A DNA stretch of 57,459 nt from Rubrobacter sp. (GCA_036377135.1 DASUYY010000238.1:1-57459), one strand, 5' to 3'; numbered from the stretch's first letter, positions 1 to 9,505 are shown. Notes: generated by a model from the letters alone, not told the origin. Made by a program: numbers and translations.

Positions 1-223
1 CTTCGAAGCGGGTGACCAGCGCGCTCCCTACCTCTGCAGGCGGCGACTCCAGGACGGCGCCTTCGGTAGCCTTGCCGAACTTGCGCAGCCAGGCGATGTC
101 GGCCAGCGTCGTGCTGTCGGCAACCTCCACCTGCTCCTCGACGGCGCGAACCTCCTCTGCGGACAGACGACCTTCCACCCAGTCTACGAGTTGGGAGAAA
201 TCTATCTTCTTGGATCCGGCCAC
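1..223 (-). CDS. Anti-sigma-factor-like protein, N-terminal part (runs off the window edge; not in the ORF track)
   Basis: GGAGG RBS, then GTG at 223. Reads MAGSKKIDFSQLVDWVEGRLSAEEVRAVEEQVEVAD...WLRKF...LESPPAEV, which resembles the anti-sigma N-terminal pattern (L.D..eG.L..ee...ve) without the HxxxCxxC ligands. Lies directly downstream of an ECF sigma gene. Confidence 0.6.
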   Translation of the reverse strand, partial: MAGSKKIDFSQLVDWVEGRLSAEEVRAVEEQVEVADSTTLADIAWLRKFGKATEGAVLESPPAEVGSALVTRFE

Positions 224-364
224 AGGGTGGCTACCTCCCGAGTGCCTTCGCGTTTCATCTTACCCTGTACATGCCTACAATTACAGCGAGAAATACATGA
301 ACCTTAACCGGCACGAAAGCCTCGCGCCGTCGACGGTGGCCGGCTTCGGCCTGGTCGTCCGCTA

Positions 365-910
365 CTACTCACCCAGGATCTGCCTCAAGCGGTTCAGGCA
401 CCGGATCCTGGTTGGGCCCACGCTGCCGACGGCCATACCCAGGCGCGCGGCGACATCGGCGTATGAAGGTTGCGCCGGTTCCAAATAGAGGGCAGATAGA
501 AGCTCGCGGCAATCCTTGCTGACGAGAGAAAGGCCGTGGTTCAACCACTCGCCCAGTTCCCAGCGCTCTATGTCCTCGCTAATCGGGGGCATGTTCGTCT
601 CACCCCGAATAGCGTACTCGCCGGCTACTTTGCGACGGTTGCGGTCGAGCAGGCGCCAGGTGTGACGGCGGGCCACGGTGGTCAGCCACGCGCCAAGGTT
701 GCTGTCCTCCGATAGCGTGTCCATACTTTGGATCAAGATGGTAAACGTGAGCTGCGTGATGTCGGCTGCATCCTCGTGAGAGAGCCCATACCTTCGCGGC
801 ACCGAGAACACGAGTCGCTCGTATCTGTCCAATACGCTTTGCCATGCACCAGCGTCGCCCCGGCGACAGGCCCGAATGAGGCTTCGGTCTGATTTTAGTG
901 CATTACGCAT
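365..910 (-). CDS. ECF-type sigma-70 family RNA polymerase sigma factor
   Basis: Region 2 (DAADITQLTF, LGAWLTTVARRH) and region 4 (SYADVAARLGMAVGSVGPTRIRCL); GGAGG RBS. Confidence 0.92.
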   Translation of the reverse strand: MRNALKSDRSLIRACRRGDAGAWQSVLDRYERLVFSVPRRYGLSHEDAADITQLTFTILIQSMDTLSEDSNLGAWLTTVARRHTWRLLDRNRRKVAGEYAIRGETNMPPISEDIERWELGEWLNHGLSLVSKDCRELLSALYLEPAQPSYADVAARLGMAVGSVGPTRIRCLNRLRQILGE

Positions 911-1121
911 GTACCTCCGGGTGTCGGGTGCAGACCCTTGTTCGCAGCGGCTCGCCGCATAAATAGTGGCAGGACCGTAGATCTAAGACAACGCCGGGTG
1001 AGCTCCTCGCGGTTAGAGGGTGGCTATGGGACTTCAAGCGTCCCACGATGAATCTGACCGTATCGGTCATCGCCAGCGCGACTTGTGACTGGCGAGCGGA
1101 GACGACCAGATTCCCCAGTTC

Positions 1122-2429
1122 CTATAAGCAGAGGCCCCGAGGAGCGAGGCTTGCGCCTACGTCAGCCCCGCCTGTGCCCAACACGGCACCATAGATCGGG
1201 TCTGTCACGACAAGCGACCGTGCGCTGCAACGTATCCTCTTTTCCACGCCCGCAGGATCGAGCGATCCATAGATCGCGTGAACGAGGGCGGCCTCGCCAG
1301 AGACGAACGGCGTCGCCATCGAGGTACCGCTCCAGTAAGCGTACTTGTCGACCGGGAACGCGCTCCTGATACCCTCGCCAGGGGCGGCGACGTCCACCCA
1401 GGAGCCATAGTTGGCGAAGTCAGACTTCTGACTGTACACGCCTAGCGAGGTCACGCCTACCGAGGTCACGGCTACAAGCCCGTCTGCGGATGCCGCGACA
1501 CCATTTCCGGCAGCAGGATAATGTGGCAGTGAACTGTTCGAGTTGCCCGCGGCGGCGGCGACCAGGACACCGTGTGCTGTGGCGCTTTTGATCACTTGCT
1601 GAAGTAACTTCGATCGGCTTCCAGATCCGAGCGAAAGGTTGATCACGTTCGCGCCGTTGCGCTCGGCGTAGGATACAGCCTGGGCGATCGTAAAGACGTT
1701 GCCGTAGCCTTCCGTATCCAGCACTCGGAGCGGCATGATCTTGGCCTTGGGTGCCACAATGTCCACGATCCCGGCTACGTGCGTGCCGTGACCCAACAGC
1801 TCGTCCGTGATGCCATCTCCATCCGTGTCAGCTCCGACCTTGCGCTCCGAGGGGTTCTTGTCGTCATCCACGAAGTCGTAGCGCTTGACCCCGTCGAAGT
1901 TGGCTAGCAGCGCCGGGTGGTCGAGCTGTGCGCCGGTGTCCAGGACGGCTACCATAGTGCCCTTGCCCAAGCTGATTCTGTGGGCAGCCGAGAGATTGAG
2001 CGCCTTATAGGCATACTCCTGGGAAGTTGGCGCTACGGTGCTCACGCCCCAGGCCCGATGCCGGGCGTCGCCCTCGGAAGCACCCTCGGGAGACTGGGTT
2101 ACAAAATTAGGCTCGGAGTACAGCAATCGCTTATCGTCTGCCATCTGGCTTACTGTCTCCAGTACGCCTGAGCTGGCCGGCAGCATTAGTAAATAGACAT
2201 CGCTGCTGGTCGAAAACCTTTCGAGGGTAGTCGAGCCGTAGGTAACGTTGATATCCTCGATAGTGACACCTGTCGGCTGCAGCTTGACTATGACCTGGCC
2301 TGGCACGAAGTCTCCCCCCGCGCTGTCGCCCTGCGCGTGACCGGCAGTACCCAAGAGCATGAGCAAGCACAGTGCGAGGACGAGTGCGACCGTTACGGTG
2401 CGATGTTGCTGCAGGTTCCTGGCCCCCAT
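1122..2429 (-). CDS. Secreted S8 (subtilisin/thermitase-like) serine peptidase
   Basis: Signal peptide and prodomain; catalytic motifs VAVLDTG, HGTHVAG, GTSMATP; oxyanion AAAGN. Start placed at ATG 2429 after GGGAG. Confidence 0.95.
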   Translation of the reverse strand: MGARNLQQHRTVTVALVLALCLLMLLGTAGHAQGDSAGGDFVPGQVIVKLQPTGVTIEDINVTYGSTTLERFSTSSDVYLLMLPASSGVLETVSQMADDKRLLYSEPNFVTQSPEGASEGDARHRAWGVSTVAPTSQEYAYKALNLSAAHRISLGKGTMVAVLDTGAQLDHPALLANFDGVKRYDFVDDDKNPSERKVGADTDGDGITDELLGHGTHVAGIVDIVAPKAKIMPLRVLDTEGYGNVFTIAQAVSYAERNGANVINLSLGSGSRSKLLQQVIKSATAHGVLVAAAAGNSNSSLPHYPAAGNGVAASADGLVAVTSVGVTSLGVYSQKSDFANYGSWVDVAAPGEGIRSAFPVDKYAYWSGTSMATPFVSGEAALVHAIYGSLDPAGVEKRIRCSARSLVVTDPIYGAVLGTGGADVGASLAPRGLCL

Positions 2430-2840
2430 TGCTCCCGCCTCGCCTAGTATCCTTGACTGCATTATACATCTACTTTCGTCGGCACCGCGTCATACCGAGT
2501 ACATCTATGTCGTGCCTGAGTCAGGCGATTCGCAGCCGGTTGGTACTCGGCGAATCGGAGCATCAGCACAAGCGTTGTCACAGAAAGTTGAGCCTTCGAG
2601 TATTTGTCGACCTTCTCGGGAGCATAACTTCAATACCATAACATTGGAGAAGGGAACCTGTGGTGAGAGGGGAACCGGTGCATTACGCGAGCCTCTCCAG
2701 AGCAGTCAGGCTGTCGAAAGCAGGGTACGTTCTCATGTCCGGATACCATTCCGGTCGTTCGACGTCGAACGACCAGGCTGTGAGGCGTCCGTAGGGAGGA
2801 TAGAAGACGGTCGTACAAACATGATCCGCAAGGTGGTACG

Positions 2841-3200
2841 GTGATGGAACGCCTATTGCTCGTCGAGCCCAACCGTCTATTTCGGGATGGCCTGGCGCTC
2901 CTGCTCGAATGGCGAACGGGTTTGAGTAGTGTTTGTGCGGGGTCGCTCGCCGAGGCAGAGCGTATTTTGGAAGACGCGAGACGGAGACCTGCCTGCGTTA
3001 TAGTCGACCTCGATCTGCCAGACGGGGACGGGACCGAATTGCTCAAGCATCTAAATGGGCTGCCGGTGCTGGCGCTCATCAAGGGCCGCAGCATGGAACG
3101 CCGAGTCCAGGCATTACGATCGGGGGCGGACGAGGTGGTACGCACAACACAACCACCCGAGAAGATAATCGCTGCGGTGGAACGGCTTATCCTCCAGTAG
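2841..3200 (+). CDS. Stand-alone, atypical response regulator receiver domain
   Basis: Receiver pattern LLLVE...VIVDLDLPDGDG...ALRSGAD. The phospho-Asp is present, but the conserved Thr/Ser and Lys are missing. No output domain. Confidence 0.75.
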   Translation: MMERLLLVEPNRLFRDGLALLLEWRTGLSSVCAGSLAEAERILEDARRRPACVIVDLDLPDGDGTELLKHLNGLPVLALIKGRSMERRVQALRSGADEVVRTTQPPEKIIAAVERLILQ

Positions 3201-3284
3201 ACATGTGTTCACGCGTAGCGCGGCGCGGCCCGCTGCCGTAAGATACGCGCCCAGGGGAACGGCATAGTCCGCAGGGGGATAGCG

Positions 3285-3623
3285 ATACGCGTATTAGTGG
3301 CTCTGGAGGACAGTTACCGCACCTACCGGGATGTGATCGCAGCTGCCATCCAGATATCGCGCCCGGATGTTGAGGTAGAGTGCGTCGAGCTGGATGCGCT
3401 CGAAGAGAAGGTGCGGTACTTCAATCCACACCTGGTGATCTGTAGCCTACCCCCTACGGCAGACTTTGAAGAGACACCCGGCTGGGTAGAGCTTTCCTTG
3501 GTCCTGAGTCGTCCGACGATGGTTTTCATCAAGGGACGCCACGTGGAGCAGAGCAGCCGTATAGGGCTTGAGCAACTGCTAAGCGTCCTCGACGAAGTCG
3601 AGCAGCTTACGCGGAACGAGTAG
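3285..3623 (+). CDS. Hypothetical degenerate receiver-like protein
   Basis: Reads IRVLVALEDSYRTYRDVIAAAI...FNPHLVIC. AGGGGG lies 6 nt before an in-frame ATA (3285); the first canonical start is GTG 3297. Confidence 0.6.
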   Translation: MRVLVALEDSYRTYRDVIAAAIQISRPDVEVECVELDALEEKVRYFNPHLVICSLPPTADFEETPGWVELSLVLSRPTMVFIKGRHVEQSSRIGLEQLLSVLDEVEQLTRNE

Positions 3624-3746
3624 GGTCTTCTGAAGAAGATCTCGCAGTGACATGGGAACGCCGACAGGATGGCGACCCCTTTCAGCGGCACGTCCGCTTC
3701 CGACTTCGTAGCGTGTCGCGATAACGCAGATGAGAAAGAGTCACAT

Positions 3747-3780
3747 CCCGAAGTATTTTTCGCCACTGCGCGCCGCATAT
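3747..3780 (+). promoter_or_regulatory. Putative alternative-sigma promoter, copy 1 (GTATT-N18-CATAT)
   Basis: CCCGAAGTATTTTTCG...CGCCGCATAT is conserved in front of the second riboswitch at 34418-34450. Confidence 0.5.
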
Positions 3781-3815
3781 CTGTGTCATAGGGCATCCCC
3801 GTTTAAAGAGGATGG

Positions 3816-3904
3816 CCGTCCTGGAAAAAGGCAAACCTGTCGCGAGGCGGGGGCGCAAAGCCACGGACCTCCTGGAAGGAGGTAGCCGGGTTACCGAAAG
3901 GAGG
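3816..3904 (+). ncRNA. c-di-GMP-I (GEMM-I) riboswitch, copy 1
   Basis: GGAAAAAGGCAAACC; P2 CCTGTC-GCGA-GGCGGG with GNRA loop; GCGCAAAGCC; P3; TAGCCGGGTTACCG. G at the G20-equivalent position points to c-di-GMP rather than c-AMP-GMP. Confidence 0.9.
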
Positions 3905-4041
3905 ACTCAAATCGACAGAACTTCTTATTCCCCACGCGAATGAAGGCGACGCACATCCTTTCCCAAGCCATACAGGAAATTTCTGGGACGCATGCAGGCA
4001 TCCCAGAGCGCAACGCCCACAGAAACGGAGAGACGCATAAC

Positions 4042-4827
4042 ATGGAAAACACCATCCCAGCGCGTAAAGACGCGCTCGTCAGCGGGGCCATCGTAGTGCT
4101 CGCGACCACGCTCGCGGCGCTGCTCGTGATCTTCATGGCCGCCAGGCCCTCGGAGGCGGCAGATCCCATCCTCACGATTGCGCCGTCGTCAGTAGATCTC
4201 GGCTCCGTTACGGTGGGGGCAGCTCCCGAGACACAGACGGTGACTGTCACGAACACCGGCAGCACAACTCTGGTGCTCGGTGGCGTTGACATTCTCGGCG
4301 TCGACAGCGGTTCATTCACGACTGACATAAACCCGCTCACTGGCCTGACTGTATTGGCAGGCGATACGGCGACCTTCCACGTCAGCTTCGATCCGTTGAA
4401 GACGGGCCTCCAGACCGCGCAGCTTACATTTGATAGCGTGACCGACACGCTCGGCGGCGCGGTGACCGGCGTCCAGGTGCCGCAGGTCTCCCTGACCGGA
4501 CAGGGAGTGAGCGTAAACGCTCCGGGTAGCAGGTGCACCATAACCGGAAGCAACCGCAGTGAGACCCTGCGCGGCACCGCGGGCCAGGATGTCATCTGCA
4601 GCCTTGGCGGCAACGACAAGGTCAACGGTCTTGGGGCCAACGACATTCTCAAGGGCGGCAAGGGCAACGACCGCATAACCGACCATAAGGGCAAGGACAA
4701 GCTGCTTGGACAGGGTGGTAGAGACAGGCTTAACTCAAGGGACCACGCGGGCGGCGACACCCTCAAGGGCGGCGCTCGCAAGGACCGAGCTATAAAGGAC
4801 AAGAGGGACAGGGCAAGGAGCATTTAG
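4042..4827 (+). CDS. Secreted protein with an Ig-like (ASH/choice-of-anchor-D-like) domain and hemolysin-type Ca-binding repeats
   Basis: Signal peptide ending SEA-A; beta-rich VTVTNTG...VSFDP...LTGQG domain; GGxGxD repeats. GGAG precedes ATG 4042. Confidence 0.8.
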   Translation: MENTIPARKDALVSGAIVVLATTLAALLVIFMAARPSEAADPILTIAPSSVDLGSVTVGAAPETQTVTVTNTGSTTLVLGGVDILGVDSGSFTTDINPLTGLTVLAGDTATFHVSFDPLKTGLQTAQLTFDSVTDTLGGAVTGVQVPQVSLTGQGVSVNAPGSRCTITGSNRSETLRGTAGQDVICSLGGNDKVNGLGANDILKGGKGNDRITDHKGKDKLLGQGGRDRLNSRDHAGGDTLKGGARKDRAIKDKRDRARSI

Positions 4828-4854
4828 TGTAGAGTCCCCCATAAGTCGATCACC

Positions 4855-4883
4855 GGGAGCCGGGGACTGAAGCCCCGGCTCTC
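4855..4883 (+). terminator. GC-rich hairpin after the RTX gene
   Basis: GGGAGCCGGGG-actgaag-CCCCGGCTCTC; no clear U tract. Confidence 0.6.
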
Positions 4884-5215
4884 TACGCTACCCTGCGCAC
4901 GCTGGGTGGTTACTGAACACCACCCCTTTACCCTTATCCGTCCCCTGTGACCAGCCAGTTTCTTGGCGTAGATACTCGGATCTTCGATGATCGTCAGTCA
5001 GATCTTCCCAGCTCAGAGCACAGGTTGGGTGTGTCTCTGGTAACGGCACGCCACTTAGGATCGGGCTAGACTCTATGGACTATAGAAGAAGACCGGCCAG
5101 GAGCGAGCTAGACCCTGAGATCCAGATCCAAACATCTCGCCGCCCATTCAAGCTGCAATCGTTGCTCCCCATCGGTCGGTAGGGGACGCAGCACGAGATG
5201 CCTGGTAGATGCGTT

Positions 5216-5758
5216 ATGAGCATTCCACGCTATTACACCGTCGGGGCGGTCGCGCAGAACCTGCGGTCGCTGAAGGCCCTGGACGAGAGGCTCGAGGACC
5301 TGGAGGTCCCCGCCGACTCAATACTGGTGCTCACGCGGCGCGCAGACGAACGCCTCGTGCGCGTGACCCTCCCGGACGCCCGGACGCGCAGGGTCGAGTC
5401 AGGGCTCTCGCGGATGCAGTGGTTCGAGTTCGCGAGCACCTACCTCGGGGTGACGGCCGTGAGCGTCCTCATGGGCGCCGTCCATCCGCCGACTGGTATC
5501 GCCGTGCAGGCGATCATGACCCTGGCAGCCATCGTCGGACTCGTCCTCTACCATCGCAGGCCGCACCTGGAGAAGAGGCTGCTCGCCATGGGCCTCCCCG
5601 AATGGTTGGCAGAGGAGTGGGAGGAAGCCTTCTCAGAAGGCTTCGCCCTCGCCCTCGTCACCGTCCCCGCGGACCTCTTCGACGAGGCGCAGGACGCCTT
5701 CTTCGAAGACCCGGGACTCCGGTCCCCACTCGCTGTAGACAGGCGACCAGTTCTGTAG
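5216..5758 (+). CDS. Hypothetical membrane protein
   Basis: GC3-rich ORF with two central hydrophobic segments. Confidence 0.7.
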   Translation: MSIPRYYTVGAVAQNLRSLKALDERLEDLEVPADSILVLTRRADERLVRVTLPDARTRRVESGLSRMQWFEFASTYLGVTAVSVLMGAVHPPTGIAVQAIMTLAAIVGLVLYHRRPHLEKRLLAMGLPEWLAEEWEEAFSEGFALALVTVPADLFDEAQDAFFEDPGLRSPLAVDRRPVL

Positions 5759-5872
5759 GCTTCAGGCATCAGGTCTTGCTGCCGATCTCCGTCTCATAGC
5801 CGTGAACCTGGTGTTAAGCGCAGCTTGGTGGCGCGTTCTAGGGCCTGGCTGACGGCTGAAGCCCGATGCCTT
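5757..5872. repeat. Short heptamer-repeat element (AGGC(A/T)TC units) in inverted arrangement
   Basis: AGGCTTCAGGCATCAGG at 5757-5773 and inverted GCTGAAGCCCGATGCCT at about 5855-5871. Related copies at 13806 and 19797. Confidence 0.55.
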
Positions 5873-5899
5873 ATCTCGAAACCTGATACCTTATTGCGT

Positions 5900-6595
5900 A
5901 TGATCGTTCGTGACAGGCCCGACTCTTTCTTGCTCTTCGAGCAGCACGAACACGCCCTCATCGCGGGCGAGTTTGCGCGCCGATGGGGGGAGAGGCCGTC
6001 GCCTTTCGAGTCAACGGTCTACGCGGTAGCCAACCACGACCTCGCCTGGCGGGAGCCGGACAGGGAGGTGCTGTGGAACGAGGAGAAGGATAGACCCTAC
6101 GCATTCGTCGATTACCCGAGGGAGCTCAAGCTGCCGGCACAGAAGAAGGGGATAGATCTCGTGGAGGATCACGACCCCTATGCGGGATGTCTGTGCAGCA
6201 TGCACTACGCCCGGTTCCTGCTGGAGTCCGAGAGGCCGGAGGAGGTCGAGTTCCGCGAGGGTGAGATGGAACGACAGGGCAGGCTCAGGAAGGGGATGGA
6301 CGGCGAGGAGCTGGAGAACCTGGAGCGGAATTTTCGCTTCCTGCGCCTGTGCGACGGGCTCTCGCTCTTCCTGTGCCTGAACGAGCCTGGCGGGGGCGAC
6401 AGGCCGCCTCCGTATCCGGGAGGTTTCCAATTCGAGGGTACGCGGTTCGAGCCCGTGTGGGAGGACGAGCGGACGTTGCGCCTCGATCCCAACCCGTTCC
6501 CGGAAGAGTTCGGCATTCAGATCCCTTACCGGGTCGTCGGCAGGGACAGGCAGCCGCTCGGGAGTGGTCTGCTCGAACTTCGGGTAACCTGTTAG
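5900..6595 (+). CDS. DUF3891 family protein
   Basis: QHEHA..AG.FA..WG, ANHD.AW, SMHY, CDGLSL motifs. TACCTT 7 nt before the ATG suggests a leaderless start. Confidence 0.8.
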   Translation: MIVRDRPDSFLLFEQHEHALIAGEFARRWGERPSPFESTVYAVANHDLAWREPDREVLWNEEKDRPYAFVDYPRELKLPAQKKGIDLVEDHDPYAGCLCSMHYARFLLESERPEEVEFREGEMERQGRLRKGMDGEELENLERNFRFLRLCDGLSLFLCLNEPGGGDRPPPYPGGFQFEGTRFEPVWEDERTLRLDPNPFPEEFGIQIPYRVVGRDRQPLGSGLLELRVTC

Positions 6596-6649
6596 GAGCG
6601 CCGGAAGGGCGCTATTTTAGAAGCTCGTTTCGACCAGAGAAAGGACCAT

Positions 6650-7705
6650 ATGAGAGACGCATCGTACGATTTCCTGAGGAGGCTGCTTTCGACGCCTGGC
6701 CCGAGCGGCTACGAGGAAGCCGCGGCGAAGCTCTGGAGGGAGGAGGCAGGGAAGTTCTCTGAGGTCGGGGGCGACAGGATGGGCAACTCCTTCGCCACGA
6801 TAGGCTCAGGCGGCTCGCCGAAGGTCATGCTCGCCGGACACATCGATGAGATCGGCGTGATGGTCACCCACGTGGACGAGAAGGGGCTGCTCCACTTTAC
6901 GGGGGTCGGCGGCTGGGACTCGCAGGTGCTCGTGGGACAGCGGGTCAGGCTGCTCACCAAGAGCGGAGAGATAATCGGTGTGATCGGCAAGAAGGCCATC
7001 CACCTCATGGAGCCTGACGAGCGCAAGAAGGTCTCCGAGATAAAGAGCCTCTGGATCGACATAGGCGCCAAAGACGCCGACGAGGCGAAGGGCATGGTGC
7101 GCGTCGGGGACGTGGGCGTTATCGACCAGGACCTCGTGGAGCTACCGAACGGGCGCATCGCCTCCCGCTCCGTAGACAACCGCATGGGCGCTTTCGTCGT
7201 GCTCGAAGCCCTGCGCCTGCTCTCCGAGGAGGAGATCGACGCCGAGGTGGTGGCTGTGGCCTGCGTTCAGGAAGAGATAGGCCTCTACGGCGCCCGTGGG
7301 GCGGCTTTCGGTCTCGATCCAGACGCCGCCATCGCCGTGGACGTGACCCACGCGACGGACACCCCCGGCGTCTCCAAGAACGAGCACGGAGATCACGCGC
7401 TTGGAAGCGGCCCCGTCATAAAGCGGGCGACGAACATCTCGCCCATCGTCTCAGAGGGACTTGTCGTGGCGGCGGAGGGTGAGAACATCCCCTATACACT
7501 GGAGGCCGACTCGCGCTCTACGGGGACCGACGCCGACGCCATACAGTTCACGCGGGCGGGGATCGCGACCGGACTCGTCTCCTGTCCAAACCGCTACATG
7601 CACTCGCCCAACGAGGTCGTGGACGTGGAGGACGTCGAGAACTGCGCGCGTGTGATCGCCGCCTACATCAAGACCCTGAGCGCCGAGACTAACTTCGTCC
7701 GCTGA
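6650..7705 (+). CDS. M42 family metallo-aminopeptidase
   Basis: GPSGYE, AGHIDEIG, DNRMG, QEEIG, GTDAD, YMHSPNE motifs. Confidence 0.95.
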   Translation: MRDASYDFLRRLLSTPGPSGYEEAAAKLWREEAGKFSEVGGDRMGNSFATIGSGGSPKVMLAGHIDEIGVMVTHVDEKGLLHFTGVGGWDSQVLVGQRVRLLTKSGEIIGVIGKKAIHLMEPDERKKVSEIKSLWIDIGAKDADEAKGMVRVGDVGVIDQDLVELPNGRIASRSVDNRMGAFVVLEALRLLSEEEIDAEVVAVACVQEEIGLYGARGAAFGLDPDAAIAVDVTHATDTPGVSKNEHGDHALGSGPVIKRATNISPIVSEGLVVAAEGENIPYTLEADSRSTGTDADAIQFTRAGIATGLVSCPNRYMHSPNEVVDVEDVENCARVIAAYIKTLSAETNFVR

Positions 7706-7717
7706 CCCAGGCTCAAG

Positions 7718-8611
7718 GTGACTACCAGAGAGAAACCGAAGCATCGGGCTTCGACAACTGTCGAAGCCGCGTTGCTGCTCACGGTCTTCTTCTTCGGGAC
7801 GAACTTCACGGCGGTCAAGATCGTCGTGGAGAGCGTCCCCCCTATACTGTTCGCAGCTACTCGTTTCACCCTGGCAGGTCTCCTGCTCCTCTTGCTCGTG
7901 CCCTTCATGGATTCCGGGAACCGCCTGCGCCGCGAGGACTTCCTACCTGTGCTCGGCCTCGGCGTTGTCGGCGTGACGCTCACCCAGACGGTCTTTACCC
8001 TCGGGGTGAGCCTGACGACCGCGGCCAACACCGCCCTCGTCTACTCGACCGCCCCCGTGTGGGGGATGCTCCTCGGGTTCGCGCTCGGGCTGGAGCGGCC
8101 GAGGCTCGCCGGCATCCTCGGGATAGGGCTCTCCCTCGTCGGGGTCGCCTTTATCGTCTACGGCGGGCTCGAGTTCGCGGGCACGAGCCTCGTCGGGGAC
8201 GCCCTCATCCTCGTCGCGGCCGTCTTCTGGGGCTCCTACACCGTGCTCTCCCTCAAGCTCCTGAAACGCTACTCTCCCGTTGCCCTCGCAGCCTACGCCA
8301 TGACCTTGGGCGGCCTCGCCGCCTTCCCGCTCGCCGCCCTCGACCCTGGCGGCTTCGACGTCGGCACCATGAACGGCCTGACTTGGGGCGCGGCGGCCTA
8401 CTCGGCGCTCTGCTCCTCGGCCTTCGGCTTCGCAGCGTGGGGATGGGGCGTCTCCCACGTCGGGGCGAACAGGGTCCTGATCTACCAGTACCTCGTAACC
8501 CTGACCGGAGTAACCACGGGCATCGTCCTCCTCGGCGAAGACTTCGGCCTGGGGCAACTCATCGGCGCCGCCGTCATCCTATGCGGCGTCTACCTGGCAC
8601 GAAGAAAATAG
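7718..8611 (+). CDS. DMT/EamA family transporter
   Basis: About 10 TM segments in two EamA repeats. Confidence 0.9.
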   Translation: MTTREKPKHRASTTVEAALLLTVFFFGTNFTAVKIVVESVPPILFAATRFTLAGLLLLLLVPFMDSGNRLRREDFLPVLGLGVVGVTLTQTVFTLGVSLTTAANTALVYSTAPVWGMLLGFALGLERPRLAGILGIGLSLVGVAFIVYGGLEFAGTSLVGDALILVAAVFWGSYTVLSLKLLKRYSPVALAAYAMTLGGLAAFPLAALDPGGFDVGTMNGLTWGAAAYSALCSSAFGFAAWGWGVSHVGANRVLIYQYLVTLTGVTTGIVLLGEDFGLGQLIGAAVILCGVYLARRK

Positions 8612-8632
8612 CTGGTGGATCAGCAGGCCGTG

Positions 8633-8859
8633 GTGACGACGGAGTCGGGGTCGAGGAAGCGCTACGCAGGGATCCCGACCTCGGGTTCGGTATGCTGGGG
8701 CCGGAGTTCGAGATCCTGGACGATGGTAATCGTGTCCTGCCGTGGGCACCACGGGGAGTTGGCGACGCGGAGGCGGACGGAGAAGGCCAGGTCCAAGAAG
8801 GGTACCTGGAGGACGGACCATCCTACGAGGGTCCCTGGGCCTTCCGGTTCACCCTCTGA
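8633..8859 (+). pseudogene. Probable C-terminal remnant of an unknown gene
   Basis: Start-less, coding-like frame ...EFEILDDGNRVLPWAPRG...YEGPWAFRFTL*. Confidence 0.3.
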
Positions 8860-9505
8860 GGGAGCGCCTGCGGTTGCGTCGGACGCTTCTGGAACCGTCC
8901 GGTTCTGGCAGCACGAAGATGAGGGCGAGGATCACTATGAGCGCCAGGCTCGCGGCCGCGCTGACGAAGGCGAGCGCGAAGGCCAGCAAGTAGAGGAGCA
9001 TACCGAAGACGAAGCGGCGCGTCATCGCGCGCAGCAGGGAAGGATCAGCCCTCCTGTCAACCAGCCTGTAATTACCTGCGGCGTAGAGCCAGAGCAGGGT
9101 GAAGAAGACGGCGGTCACGGCCAGCGTGCCGCTATACACGGCGACGGCGGTAGTTCGATGTTCTTCTTCCCTGATGTACTCGGCGAGCAGGGCAGTGGGG
9201 AAGGGGATAAAGGCTACGCACATCAGGAACACGACGTTCAGGAAGAGCAGGACGTGGTCGGAGCGGATGATCACGCGGAAGCGGTTGTGGTGGTTCGCCC
9301 ACACGGTGCCGATGACGAGGAAGCTGGTCGCGTACCCCAGATACGAAGGCCACAGGTGTATTAGCTTCCCGGAGAGCGATTCCGTGACCGTGACATGAGG
9401 GACCCCTATCTCTATGATCAGGAGCGTGATCGCGATGGCGAACACGCCGCCGGAGAAGGTCTCTATCCTCCCGGTGTCGCTATCCTGGCCGCCGCTCGTA
9501 GTCAC
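8849..9505 (-). CDS. TMEM175 (DUF1211) family potassium channel
   Basis: RIETFS(G)GVFAIAITLL, W.NHH and PFPT motifs; about 6 TM segments. Confidence 0.88.
   Translation of the reverse strand: MTTSGGQDSDTGRIETFSGGVFAIAITLLIIEIGVPHVTVTESLSGKLIHLWPSYLGYATSFLVIGTVWANHHNRFRVIIRSDHVLLFLNVVFLMCVAFIPFPTALLAEYIREEEHRTTAVAVYSGTLAVTAVFFTLLWLYAAGNYRLVDRRADPSLLRAMTRRFVFGMLLYLLAFALAFVSAAASLALIVILALIFVLPEPDGSRSVRRNRRRSLRG

Noticed and set aside
951-962. Third CGCCGCATA motif (and a partial match at 46335-46362)
   Set aside because: The 951 copy has no upstream GTATT element and points antisense; the 46335 match is too weak to call.
3816-3904. c-AMP-GMP (GEMM-Ib) variant riboswitch
   Set aside because: Both copies have G at the specificity position (AAAGGCAAAC).
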